Notes under the pieces: model-generated | Told to the model about the DNA's origin: nothing | The model's database searches: none | Seen by the model: only the letters and a program-made list of their open reading frames with translations | Shown here: positions 1-9,437 of the stretch, in pieces | Layout: each line of letters starts with the position of its first letter | How positions within the stretch are numbered: position 1 is the stretch's first letter | From: Candidatus Gastranaerophilales bacterium | Lineage (GTDB): Bacteria > Cyanobacteriota > Vampirovibrionia > Gastranaerophilales > Gastranaerophilaceae | Direction of reading: 5' to 3' | Assembly (NCBI GenBank): GCA_900768915.1 | Contig: CAAGEQ010000010.1 | Span: 45,963 to 109,962, forward strand | Length of the DNA: 64,000 bases | Made by a program: the position numbers and the translations under genes

Positions 1-38
1 AACCTTTCGGTTTCTCTTTTTTTATATTTTTTATCTGA

Positions 39-233
39 TTAAGACTTGCGTTTGCGAGCTGCTTCAGATTTGCGTTTTCTTTTTACGCTAGGTTTTTCGT
101 ATCTTTCACGTTTTTTAACTTCAGAAAGAATTCCTGCTTTTTGGATTTTCTTTTTGAAACGTCTAAGTGCTACTTCGATACTTTCGTTTTCACCAACCTT
201 AACTTCTGGCATTCTGTTTTTCACCACCTTCAA
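39..233 (-). CDS. rpsU: 30S ribosomal protein S21
   Basis: 64 aa, very basic; the pattern [19 protein letters not shown]...[14 protein letters not shown] is typical of S21. Confidence 0.9.
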   Translation of the reverse strand: MKVVKNRMPEVKVGENESIEVALRRFKKKIQKAGILSEVKKRERYEKPSVKRKRKSEAARKRKS

Positions 234-338
234 TGCTTGTGTAACAGATAAATAATATATTAAAAATTTTATAAAATCAAGTGATTAGGCAATATTGCTT
301 TACAATCGTGATTATTTTTGAAATAAATTATAGATTTG

Positions 339-389
339 AATTCTAATATCGTCATTTCGAGTTTGTTTCGGAATCTCTTTAATTTTTTT
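339..389 (+). repeat. Copy 1 of a ~50-bp hairpin element (hairpin 354-374 followed by T7 on the + strand); inverted copy at 28202-28255
   Basis: The reverse complement matches 28212-28242 at 28/31 nt in the core TAAAGAGATTCCGAAACAA..TCG.AATGAC. Stem pairing on the + strand is kept through two G.U wobbles. Confidence 0.6.
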
Positions 390-521
390 ATTTGTTAAAT
401 TCCTACATTTGTCTTTTTGTCGGTATAAGAAAATGAATAACAATTTAACAAATTAAATCTTCTCTCATGCAGATATATGATATTTTGTTGTTAGGTATGT
501 TGTTAGTGGTATTATATTATT

Positions 522-2423
522 ATGGCATTATCTTATGATGAAGTAATATCACTGATTAAGGATAGGTTGGATATAGTCGATGTTGTATCGCAATCTGTCG
601 TATTAAAAAAATCTGGTGCAAACTATTGGGGGTTGTGTCCATTTCATAATGATAAAAAACCGTCATTATGTGTTAGTCCATCAAAAGGCATTTATAAATG
701 TTTTTCTTGTGGTGCTGGTGGTGATGCTCTTACATTTTTATTAAAAACTCAAAATAAGGATTTTAAAGAATTAATTGCTGAATTAGCAGAGAAATTCGGT
801 ATTGAATTACCTAAGACAGCAGGTTTTAAACCTCAAAATAAAGAATTAAAAGATGAAATGAAGCATGCTTGTAAAGAAGCCGCTAGATTTTATCAAAAAC
901 AACTTACTTTAGATAAAGATTCGTCAAAAGCAATGGGCTATCTTAAGAAAAGAAGTATTAATGATTCTATTATAGATATTTTTACTCTTGGTTGGGCACC
1001 TAATGATTATCACAAGTTGTATGACCATTTGAAAGGTAGTTTTTCTGACGAAGTTTTAGAAAAAGCAGGTTTGATTTTAAAAAGTAAAACAGGTCATTGG
1101 ATAGATAGGTTTAGAAATAGAATTATTATACCTATACAAAATGAAGATGGTGAGTATGTTGCGTTTGGAGCAAGGGCAGTTGATGAAGGACAAAATCCAA
1201 AATATTTAAACTCTGCTGATTCTTTGATTTATAACAAACGTAAGATTTTATTCGGCTTATATACTGCAAAAGATTATATAAAAGAAGAAGATGCAGTAAT
1301 AATTATGGAAGGTTATTTTGACGTAATTTCAACTCAGGCTCATGGAATAAAAAATTGTGTAGCATCTTGTGGTACTGCATTTACTCAGGAGCATGTGAGA
1401 TTGTTATCTAGATATACGAAATCAAGAAGAATCTTTTTATCATTTGATACAGATTCAGCAGGTGTAAATGCAACAACAAAAGGTGGTGAAACTATTAGAG
1501 AAGTATTCTCATCTTTAGGTAATATCAAGCAGTTTGATGAAAGTCATGTTGCTGCCGGAGATGAAAATTATGCTTGTGAAATACGTGTTGTATCTCCACC
1601 AGAAGGCAAAGATCCTGATGAATATGTAAGGGCTTATGGTGCAGAGGCATTGAAAGAACATATCAAAAATGCACCACTTCTTATTGATTTTGAACTTAAT
1701 AATATTTTAAAACAAAGTCATGCAGCAAAGACTCCTCAAGAAAAATCAAAGATTGTTGAGGATATTATTCCAATATTGTGTGAAATACACAATAAAGTTA
1801 TTCAGGGTGAATATATAAAAATGGTTGCAACAGCATTGGATATTGATGAATCATCATTGGTTCAAGAAGTGCGTAAAATGGCGAAATATGAACCTGATAA
1901 TATGTTTGCACCTGATAGCAATTTTACTCCAGTTGTAAAATCAAATGTAACAAAAACTTCACAAATCCTTGAAATGACGCAAAAAAATTTATTGAGTGTT
2001 TATTTAGTAGTTGGAAATCAAATTACTTTACCTCAAATAAGTGAAATGATACCAACAGATATATTCACTGATGAAATGTTAATAATTGTAAAAAATACAA
2101 TTGACAAATTTACTCAAACAGTAAATAATGTCAGGGGTCTTCGAGAAAAGTTATTTACAGAATTTATTGAAGATACAACGATGACTCAGCTATTAACGGA
2201 GTTAGTGTATATAGCAGATTCCTTCAAAGGATTACCCGCTAGCGACCTAAGTCAAGCAATAGATGATATGAAATTTAAACTCAGTAGGTTAGCGAACGAA
2301 GAAGAAACAAAGGAATTGAAAAAGAAATATAGTGCAGCAAATGATGATGATATAGAGGCATTAAAGTTGCAAATGGCACTTAGAGATAAGTTGAAGTTAA
2401 AATTAAATGGAGATAATAAATGA
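522..2423 (+). CDS. dnaG: DNA primase DnaG
   Basis: N-terminal zinc ribbon [10 protein letters not shown]...CFSCGAGGD; TOPRIM motifs EGYFDVIS and SFDTDSAG; 633 aa; 4-nt overlap with rpoD. Confidence 0.95.
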   Translation: MALSYDEVISLIKDRLDIVDVVSQSVVLKKSGANYWGLCPFHNDKKPSLCVSPSKGIYKCFSCGAGGDALTFLLKTQNKDFKELIAELAEKFGIELPKTAGFKPQNKELKDEMKHACKEAARFYQKQLTLDKDSSKAMGYLKKRSINDSIIDIFTLGWAPNDYHKLYDHLKGSFSDEVLEKAGLILKSKTGHWIDRFRNRIIIPIQNEDGEYVAFGARAVDEGQNPKYLNSADSLIYNKRKILFGLYTAKDYIKEEDAVIIMEGYFDVISTQAHGIKNCVASCGTAFTQEHVRLLSRYTKSRRIFLSFDTDSAGVNATTKGGETIREVFSSLGNIKQFDESHVAAGDENYACEIRVVSPPEGKDPDEYVRAYGAEALKEHIKNAPLLIDFELNNILKQSHAAKTPQEKSKIVEDIIPILCEIHNKVIQGEYIKMVATALDIDESSLVQEVRKMAKYEPDNMFAPDSNFTPVVKSNVTKTSQILEMTQKNLLSVYLVVGNQITLPQISEMIPTDIFTDEMLIIVKNTIDKFTQTVNNVRGLREKLFTEFIEDTTMTQLLTELVYIADSFKGLPASDLSQAIDDMKFKLSRLANEEETKELKKKYSAANDDDIEALKLQMALRDKLKLKLNGDNK

Positions 2424-3487
2424 ACAAAACTGATCCAAATTCATCAATAGTTAGTGTAGCAGAAGATGACAGATTAGATGTAATTGATTATGAAGGAGAT
2501 AAAACTGATTATATTTCTGAAAGTTTAGCATCTGACAGTATTGAAGATATTATTTCATCTGACAAAATGCCAATGAAAAATAGTGATAGTTACATGAGTG
2601 AAGATTCTTCAATGATGACACCATCAATTGAAGTTCCAAAGGGTATTGCTGTTGAGGATCCTGTTAGATTATATTTAAGAGAAATAGGTCGTATTAAATT
2701 ATTATCAACAGCAGAAGAAATTGAATTAGCACGTAAAATTATGGCTGGTGGTTCTGCAGGTGATAGAGCAAAGAGAAAATTAGTTCAAGCAAATTTAAGA
2801 TTAGTTGTTAGTATCGCTAAGAAATATGTTGGTAGAGGTATGTTATTCTTAGACCTTATTCAAGAAGGTAATTTAGGTTTAATTCGTGCCGCAGAAAAAT
2901 TTGACCACGAAAGAGGCTTCAAGTTCTCAACTTATGCAACTTGGTGGATTAGACAAGCAATTACAAGAGCAATTGCTGACCAAGCAAGAACAATCCGTAT
3001 TCCGGTTCACATGGTTGAAACAATTAATAAATTGAAAAAGGTTACTAGACGTTTAGCACAAGAACGTTCAAGAAAACCAACCGAAGAAGAATTAGCAGCA
3101 GAAATGGGTGTATCTATTTCTAAATTGAGAGATATTGTTAAAATCGCTCAAGAACCACTTTCATTAGAAACACCAATTGGTAAAGAAGAAGATTCTAGAT
3201 TAGGTGATTTTATTGAAGATACAGGTGCTGATGCTCCTATTAAAACAGTTGCTTCTGAATTATTGAAAGAAGATTTAGCAGAAGTATTATGTACATTATC
3301 TGCTAGAGAACGTGATGTATTAAGATTACGTTTTGGTATGGACGATGGTCGCCAAAGAACATTGGAAGAAGTTGGTCAGTTGTTTGGTGTTACTCGTGAA
3401 CGTATTAGACAGATTGAAGCAAAAGCTTTAAGAAAATTACGTCACCCTAATCGTCGTAAAAAATTAGAAGAATACGTTGAAAGTTAA
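2420..3487 (+). CDS. rpoD: Primary RNA polymerase sigma factor (sigma-70 family, group 1)
   Basis: Region 2 [49 protein letters not shown]; region 4 [32 protein letters not shown]. Confidence 0.95.
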   Translation: MNKTDPNSSIVSVAEDDRLDVIDYEGDKTDYISESLASDSIEDIISSDKMPMKNSDSYMSEDSSMMTPSIEVPKGIAVEDPVRLYLREIGRIKLLSTAEEIELARKIMAGGSAGDRAKRKLVQANLRLVVSIAKKYVGRGMLFLDLIQEGNLGLIRAAEKFDHERGFKFSTYATWWIRQAITRAIADQARTIRIPVHMVETINKLKKVTRRLAQERSRKPTEEELAAEMGVSISKLRDIVKIAQEPLSLETPIGKEEDSRLGDFIEDTGADAPIKTVASELLKEDLAEVLCTLSARERDVLRLRFGMDDGRQRTLEEVGQLFGVTRERIRQIEAKALRKLRHPNRRKKLEEYVES

Positions 3488-3573
3488 TATTTTTAACAAT
3501 TTATAAATAAAACTTGTATTCTGTGTATTTTTAGGGTATTTTAATATTACACTAAAAGAAGGAAGGACAAATC

Positions 3574-3765
3574 ATGTCAAAGCAATGTGAAGTATGTGGT
3601 AAAAAACCACTTAAAGCAGCAAAATTAACTTTTTCTCATAAACAAATTGTTCACAGACAAACACCTAACTTACAGTCTGTAAAGGTTAATGTGAATGGTA
3701 CTTCAAAAAAGATGACAGTTTGTACATCTTGTTTAAGAGCAGGAAAAGTTCACAAAGCAGTTTAA
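3574..3765 (+). CDS. rpmB: 50S ribosomal protein L28
   Basis: 63 aa, starts MSKQCEVCGKKP; an SD-like GAAGGAAGGA lies upstream. Confidence 0.85.
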   Translation: MSKQCEVCGKKPLKAAKLTFSHKQIVHRQTPNLQSVKVNVNGTSKKMTVCTSCLRAGKVHKAV

Positions 3766-3783
3766 GCTTTATTTGAAAATTTA

Positions 3784-3820
3784 AAAATAACGGATTGATT
3801 ATTCAGTCCGTTATTTTTTT
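3784..3820. terminator. Bidirectional intrinsic terminator between rpmB (+) and udg (-)
   Basis: 12-bp stem AATAACGGATTG / CAGTCCGTTATT (one G.U), 6-nt loop, A-run upstream and T-run downstream. Confidence 0.6.
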
Positions 3821-3843
3821 GTATTTATATCTATTAAATATAT

Positions 3844-4425
3844 TTATTTGTTTTTGATGTTTTTTAAATCTTCCATCATAAGCCATCTAGGCTTGCCAAT
3901 TTCAGTAGAATGGTTTCTTAACAAGTATGATGGGTGGAAGATTGCCATTGCATCATATTCTTTTCCACAAACCTCTATTTTTAACCATTGACCTCTAATT
4001 TTTGAAATGGGTGTTTTGTTTGGATAAAATGATTGTAGTGCGGTTGCTCCACAAAGGATAATTACTTTAGGATCAACTGTTTTTATTTGTGTTTCAATAT
4101 AGTTTCTGCATGCAGATTTTTCGCTATCTTTAGGAACTCTATTTTCTGGAGGTCTACATTTTACTGTATTGATAATGTATAAATCATTTTCTCTTGATAT
4201 GCCAGACTGTTCTAAAAACTCGTTTAAGAGTTTTCCTGCTCTGCCGACGAATGGTGTTCCTGTTAAATCTTCATTTGCTCCAGGGGCTTCTCCTACAAGA
4301 ATATACATTGCACTGTCAGGGTTTCCGTCTGAAAAAACAATATTTGTTCTTGTATTACCAAGTTCGCATTTATGGCAATTTTGACATTCATTTTGTAATT
4401 TGTTAAGTATTTCACTTTTTTTCAT
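3844..4425 (-). CDS. Uracil-DNA glycosylase, family 4
   Basis: Motifs GEAPGANED and TPFVGRAGKLLN, HPSYLLRN near the C-terminus, N-terminal Cys cluster CQNCHKC. Start moved to the internal ATG (MKKSEIL) behind AGGAAA, which avoids overlap with the upstream gene. Confidence 0.8.
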   Translation of the reverse strand: MKKSEILNKLQNECQNCHKCELGNTRTNIVFSDGNPDSAMYILVGEAPGANEDLTGTPFVGRAGKLLNEFLEQSGISRENDLYIINTVKCRPPENRVPKDSEKSACRNYIETQIKTVDPKVIILCGATALQSFYPNKTPISKIRGQWLKIEVCGKEYDAMAIFHPSYLLRNHSTEIGKPRWLMMEDLKNIKNK

Positions 4426-4435
4426 TGTTATTTCC

Positions 4436-5647
4436 TTATGGGTGTAAGATTGCAATGACTGTTTTGTCTGTGAAATATTTGTTTGCACATTCTAAAACTT
4501 GTTCAGAAGTTACGTTTTTGATTCTTTCATGCATTGTTTCGTAATAACCAAATGGCAAATCATTTATTCCGTAATATGCCATAGAAGTTGATTGTTGGAA
4601 ATTAGTTTCAACAATAAATTGATGCTTACCAAAAATATTATTTTTAGCATTTTTTAATTCTTCTTCTGAAACAGGTTCTTTTTTAATTTTTTCAATTTCT
4701 TCTTTAAAACCTTTTAGGCAAGTGTCTATATTAGACGGTTCAGTTGCAATATATATACTGAATAAAGAAGATAATTCTCTGATTTCGCAAGCAGTTCTAA
4801 CTGTGTATGCTAGACCACGTTTTTCACGTAATTCTCTAAATAATCGAGATGATAGACCACTAGCACCAAGTATTGTGTTAATGACAAGGATTACTGGATA
4901 ATCTTCTTCTTTAAAAGTAGGGATTAACCAACCTTGCAAAATTTGTGCTTGTTGAGCATCTTCCTTTATTACTTCTGTTCTTTTTGATTCAGTAATTGTA
5001 GGTTTTTCAAAAGTTTTTGTTACATTTTTTGTGTTTGGTAACTCATCAAAGTTATCATTTAGTAACTTGACAACAGTTTCTTCTTCAAGGCTACCAACAA
5101 CTGCTAAAACTTTTCTACTAGAAGTAATAATTCTTTTGTAAGAGTTGATAACATCTTCTTTTGTGATTTTATCAATACATTCCAAGATGTTTGTATATGT
5201 ATGTCCATAGTAGTGGTTTTCATATACAGTTTTAACAAAGGCATCAGAAACTTTTAATCTAGCAGAATCAAGTTCCGCAACAAGTTCACCTTTCATCTTT
5301 GTTTTTTCTTTTTCAAATTCTGCAAATGTAGAATTTTTGATAATATCTTCTAAAATTTCTATAGATTTAGCAAAATCTTCGTTTAGACATAAAAGTCTAA
5401 ACCTAAGGTAATCTTGTTTCATATCTGCAATAATTTCAATACCGTTTTCGTCAAGAATTTTTGCTAATTCTTCGTTGTTATATTTTTTTGTTCCTTGTAG
5501 CAACAATCTTGTCATTAAAGAATATGTGCCTGCAAGTTCTTCTGCATCATTGATTGACAAATTCATAGTCAATGCAATTCTAGGTGTTTCAGAGTTCTTT
5601 TTATAAACGGCTCTGATTCCGTTTTTTAATTCAAATTCTCTCATCAT
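4436..5647 (-). CDS. M16 (pitrilysin/insulinase) family protein, apparently lacking the HxxEH zinc motif
   Basis: The family-typical segment reads AGTYSLMTRLLLQGTKKY where active members have HxxEH. The two-domain length (~400 aa) fits. Start uncertain (ATG at 5647 or 5644; TTG at 5665). Confidence 0.7.
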   Translation of the reverse strand: MMREFELKNGIRAVYKKNSETPRIALTMNLSINDAEELAGTYSLMTRLLLQGTKKYNNEELAKILDENGIEIIADMKQDYLRFRLLCLNEDFAKSIEILEDIIKNSTFAEFEKEKTKMKGELVAELDSARLKVSDAFVKTVYENHYYGHTYTNILECIDKITKEDVINSYKRIITSSRKVLAVVGSLEEETVVKLLNDNFDELPNTKNVTKTFEKPTITESKRTEVIKEDAQQAQILQGWLIPTFKEEDYPVILVINTILGASGLSSRLFRELREKRGLAYTVRTACEIRELSSLFSIYIATEPSNIDTCLKGFKEEIEKIKKEPVSEEELKNAKNNIFGKHQFIVETNFQQSTSMAYYGINDLPFGYYETMHERIKNVTSEQVLECANKYFTDKTVIAILHP

Positions 5648-5876
5648 ACATATATTTAAGCACAAATTTTGATGTTTGTAAAACCATTAAAGAACGTGAA
5701 AATGTCCAGAATTTGTTATTTTATGATATGTGTAGTGTAAATTTGTTAGTGTAATCAAATCGTATGTTGTAATAAGGTATTTTTAGTAAATATTATTTCT
5801 AATTGTATCAAATATTTATTAAAAATGTTTGTAGTGGTGCTATATGTAATGTGTTTTTGTTATTATATATTTTATA

Positions 5877-6437
5877 ATGACAATCAACTTCACAGCGAAT
5901 TTTTTAAAGACAGTAAATATCCCTAAACGTACGATTGATGGGAATTATTTTAATACAAAAGTTTCTTTTGTTGAACTAGATAAAAATGATAGAGTTGATA
6001 AAGATTCTTTGAAAAATGTTTCGAAATTGTGGAATAAAAAAGAATTTAATTATGCTTCAGAAATATATTATGATGCTGCAAAACCTTTTGAATACGATAA
6101 TATAGTCAAAGAACATTATTATGCTGTGACTACTCAATCAGAAAATTTTGAAAAGTTGGAGTCTGAAAAGATTTTAGGATTGTCTCTTTTTTCAGAGACT
6201 ACTAAACCTGAAAATGAAATAAATTGGTTACAAACAAATCCTGTTTATAAATACGGTTCTATTGAACCACGTGAATATAAAGGAATTGGCAAAGCAATTA
6301 TTGAATATGTAAAAGAGCATTATAGAGATAAAAATATTAAAGTATTTGCAGCAGACGATGCTATAAATTTTTACAAAAAATTGGGTTTTAAAAATTGTCC
6401 TACAAAAACTGAAAGAGAATTATATTTAGAAGTTTAG
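5877..6437 (+). CDS. Hypothetical protein with a C-terminal GNAT-like acetyltransferase segment
   Basis: YKGIGKAIIEYV...AADDAINFYKKLGFK resembles GNAT motif A plus the C-terminal strand. N-terminus MTINFTANF carries the leader motif. Confidence 0.45.
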   Translation: MTINFTANFLKTVNIPKRTIDGNYFNTKVSFVELDKNDRVDKDSLKNVSKLWNKKEFNYASEIYYDAAKPFEYDNIVKEHYYAVTTQSENFEKLESEKILGLSLFSETTKPENEINWLQTNPVYKYGSIEPREYKGIGKAIIEYVKEHYRDKNIKVFAADDAINFYKKLGFKNCPTKTERELYLEV

Positions 6438-6570
6438 TTTGTATTGTTTGTTAAGATATATTAATTTTCTTCTTGTTTTATTAAAGTTTATATTAAAACA
6501 GTCGTTAATCATGCAAAAGGTATGGTATGCCGTACAATTGGATTAGTTAAATTCAGTAAAGGAGTTCCTC

Positions 6571-8892
6571 GTGGGCATTAATTTGAATGGTAGAAGTATT
6601 GATGGTAATGGTATCACACAAGATAAGTTTAATGAAATATTAAAAAATTCAAATTATTCAGAAAAAGAGAAAAAGGCTGCTTTGGATATTTTCACAAAGT
6701 TTGCAGCGATGGATAATGATAAAACAACTCTTTCCGCAGATGAAGCGAAACAGGCTTTTGCTGAGTTGGAAAAACTTAATACCGATAATGATAATGATGT
6801 ATCTAAAAAAGAATTAAAACAAGGTAAAAATGGTTCGGATTATCAAAAGGCATTGGCTGAAGCCGGAAAAAGTGCCGTTGAATTATTTTATTCAAAAATT
6901 TCAGGAAATACAGATGTTCATTTAAGTAAAGATGAAGTTGGCAATACTGTCGTTACAACATTAAATGATAAAAATACTGTACCCACAAAAGATGATGATT
7001 TTAAAACGACTGTTTATGATGATAAAGGTGAAGTAAAGCATGAGGATAAACATGAAGAACCTCCAAAACTAACTGATAATGATATACAGGCAACATTTTT
7101 AAAATATATTACTAATTCTAAAGATTTTGATGGTAAACTTTTCGGCGAAAATACATTAAATGGATTTTTTGCTGGTGATAATCCACAATTAAAGGTTATT
7201 AATGAAAATGGTAAGGTCGGTATAGAATATAACGGCAAAATGTATAATATGCGTGGCAAAGATGGTGATATTCGTTTTGAATATGATGGTGAAGGTACTG
7301 AAAATAAAGGTGCTGAAACTTTACAACATGCTATTTTAAATTCTAATTCTGATGATGCTATTCATAAATATCATAACCATGGTGAGGCAATAAATTCTGG
7401 CTCTACTTATGATGTTGCAACGGGTACAATTAATCATGGTACAAATAAGGATTCTGTATCCCAATCACAAACTTTTGCATCAATGCTAATGAATGGTAAT
7501 GAAAATTCTACACTTACTCTTGATAAACAAAGAAGTAAAGATGGCTCGTTTGAAACAACAGCAGAACATATTATAAAAACACTTGATAGCAACGAAAATG
7601 GTCAATCAGATAATGAAATCTCTATGAAAGAGTTGATTTCATATCTAAAAGCAGCTGAAGTTGAGTCAAATGGACTTAATGAAAATCAGGCAACGGGTGC
7701 AAGAAGATTCGCTAAAGGTGTTGATTTAGACCTAAAAGATTTGGCAAATATTGGTGCAGTATTTAAAAAATATGATACAACTGGTAATGGAAAACTAGAT
7801 AAAAATGAACTTCAAAAACTTTTAGATGATTTAAAGAAAAATAGTATGTCAAAGTTGGCACAAGGTGAGAAAATTGCTGAATATAAAGGTCCAGATGATA
7901 AAGGTAACAATCCAGTAACACAACTTCACACACCAAGAACAAGAACTGCTAATCGAACAAGAAATGAAGTTAATATAAATGGTAATAAAACTGGAGAAAA
8001 AATACAATATGACTATGAAAATGGTCTTCGTACCGTTGTAAAAGATGGTAAAGAAGATTTAGAAGGTAATATTGCAGAAGAATCTGATCCAGGTTTTGGA
8101 TTAGGTAAAAAACGTTTTGTATATATTGAAGGGCTTCCAATAGAAGTTCGTGCAGAATTAAAACTTGATGAAGAAAGCAAAAGTAAAATTGTTGAAGTAA
8201 AAGACCGTAATGGTAGTGTTAGATATTATAAAGTTGATATTAGTAAAACAGAAGGCGAAGATGATACTTACAAACTTGGTGACGAGTTAGTTAAAAATGG
8301 TAAAAAAATGGTATCACGTCAACAATTAACAGATGATATTTGTAAACAACTTGGTATCAGAGGAGAGAATATTAAACTTCCTGATAATATAACTGCTGAG
8401 TACGGTAAAAATGGTAAAATGACATTCAAGTTGAATGGTAGAATTTGTAATTCTAATTTTGCTAGAGTTGCTATAATGCGTGCTAATTCGGAGGCAAAAG
8501 GACTTGATGATGGTCAACGTAAAGTTGAACTGTCAAGATTGAGAAATAAAAATAAAAAGCCTATTTCATCACAATTAAATTATAATGAAAATGGTAAACT
8601 TGATAATAGAAATATTGATATATCCAATCTTGAAAAAATATATGCTACGGATTCAATTTCGGTATTATTAAGAGATTTTATGAAAAAAAATAAAGATGTT
8701 TCAATTGATAAACAAACTTATAAAATTTCTTCATCTGAAATAAGAAGTAAATCTGGTGAAGTTCTTGTAAAATATGAAAATGGAAAATTTTATAATTCAA
8801 AAGGTAAAGAAATTGATATATATAAAGCACGAGATATATTAGATAAAGCAAGTGATAATCTTGCAAGTTTAATACAAAAATTTAAAGAATAA
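6571..8892 (+). CDS. Large EF-hand-containing protein (773 aa)
   Basis: Canonical EF-hand loop DTTGNGKLDKNE (nt 7774-7809) and several degenerate loops (NTDNDNDVSKKE, DSNENGQSDNEISMKE). GTG start behind AGGAG. No signal peptide. Confidence 0.6.
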   Translation: MGINLNGRSIDGNGITQDKFNEILKNSNYSEKEKKAALDIFTKFAAMDNDKTTLSADEAKQAFAELEKLNTDNDNDVSKKELKQGKNGSDYQKALAEAGKSAVELFYSKISGNTDVHLSKDEVGNTVVTTLNDKNTVPTKDDDFKTTVYDDKGEVKHEDKHEEPPKLTDNDIQATFLKYITNSKDFDGKLFGENTLNGFFAGDNPQLKVINENGKVGIEYNGKMYNMRGKDGDIRFEYDGEGTENKGAETLQHAILNSNSDDAIHKYHNHGEAINSGSTYDVATGTINHGTNKDSVSQSQTFASMLMNGNENSTLTLDKQRSKDGSFETTAEHIIKTLDSNENGQSDNEISMKELISYLKAAEVESNGLNENQATGARRFAKGVDLDLKDLANIGAVFKKYDTTGNGKLDKNELQKLLDDLKKNSMSKLAQGEKIAEYKGPDDKGNNPVTQLHTPRTRTANRTRNEVNINGNKTGEKIQYDYENGLRTVVKDGKEDLEGNIAEESDPGFGLGKKRFVYIEGLPIEVRAELKLDEESKSKIVEVKDRNGSVRYYKVDISKTEGEDDTYKLGDELVKNGKKMVSRQQLTDDICKQLGIRGENIKLPDNITAEYGKNGKMTFKLNGRICNSNFARVAIMRANSEAKGLDDGQRKVELSRLRNKNKKPISSQLNYNENGKLDNRNIDISNLEKIYATDSISVLLRDFMKKNKDVSIDKQTYKISSSEIRSKSGEVLVKYENGKFYNSKGKEIDIYKARDILDKASDNLASLIQKFKE

Positions 8893-8928
8893 TAAACATT
8901 TATTTATGATATAATTTCTTTGGATGAT

Positions 8929-9396
8929 ATGAAGAAGAAATACGTACCGTTTAACAAATCTATAGTTTATGCTGCTGAACTCATGACAAAGGCTTTTAAA
9001 GAGGCCGCTAGAAAATTTCATAAAGATATGAACTTTGAAATAAATCATGAGGAATTTATTGTATTGGAATCTATTTATACTAATCCTGGAATTATTCAAA
9101 TAAATATTGCTAAAAATATTTTGATGAAACGTTCTTATGTTTGTAAATTTTTGGTTCAATTAGAAGAAAAAGGTTATATTTATAAAAAACAAGCAATACG
9201 TGGCAAACGTCAGATTATTATGGAGAATTATATTACTCCAGAAGGTGAAAAGGTTTATAAAAAAGTCGTAGATTTTATTGAAAAAGATATTGAAAAATGT
9301 TCTACAGAATATAATTTAGATGATTTAGAAAGAATAACTAATGTTATGTTTGATTGGGCTGAAAAAATAAAAAAAGAATGTAATTTAAAATATTAA
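8929..9396 (+). CDS. MarR family transcriptional regulator
   Basis: Winged-helix pattern EEFIVLESIY...IQINIAKNILMKRSYVCKFLVQLEEKGYIYKK. Extended -10 (TGATATAAT, 8907-8915) lies just upstream, so the leader is very short. A TTG at 8920 is the alternative start. Confidence 0.8.
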   Translation: MKKKYVPFNKSIVYAAELMTKAFKEAARKFHKDMNFEINHEEFIVLESIYTNPGIIQINIAKNILMKRSYVCKFLVQLEEKGYIYKKQAIRGKRQIIMENYITPEGEKVYKKVVDFIEKDIEKCSTEYNLDDLERITNVMFDWAEKIKKECNLKY

Positions 9397-9437
9397 AATA
9401 TATAGGCAATTTTTATTTTTAGGTATTTTAAATAAGT

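Noticed and set aside
46-255. 69-aa + strand ORF antisense to rpsU
   Set aside because: It lies entirely within the strongly supported S21 gene on the other strand and has a low-complexity, Phe/Leu-rich translation typical of antisense frames in AT-rich DNA.
4169-4406. Two overlapping + strand ORFs (4169-4384, 4194-4406) inside the UDG gene
   Set aside because: They are antisense to a motif-supported CDS, with no RBS and no recognisable motif.
7014-9159. Minus-strand ORFs 7014-7259, 8326-8517, 8678-8866 and 8869-9159
   Set aside because: They are antisense shadows of the EF-hand protein and MarR genes, with hydrophobic low-complexity translations.
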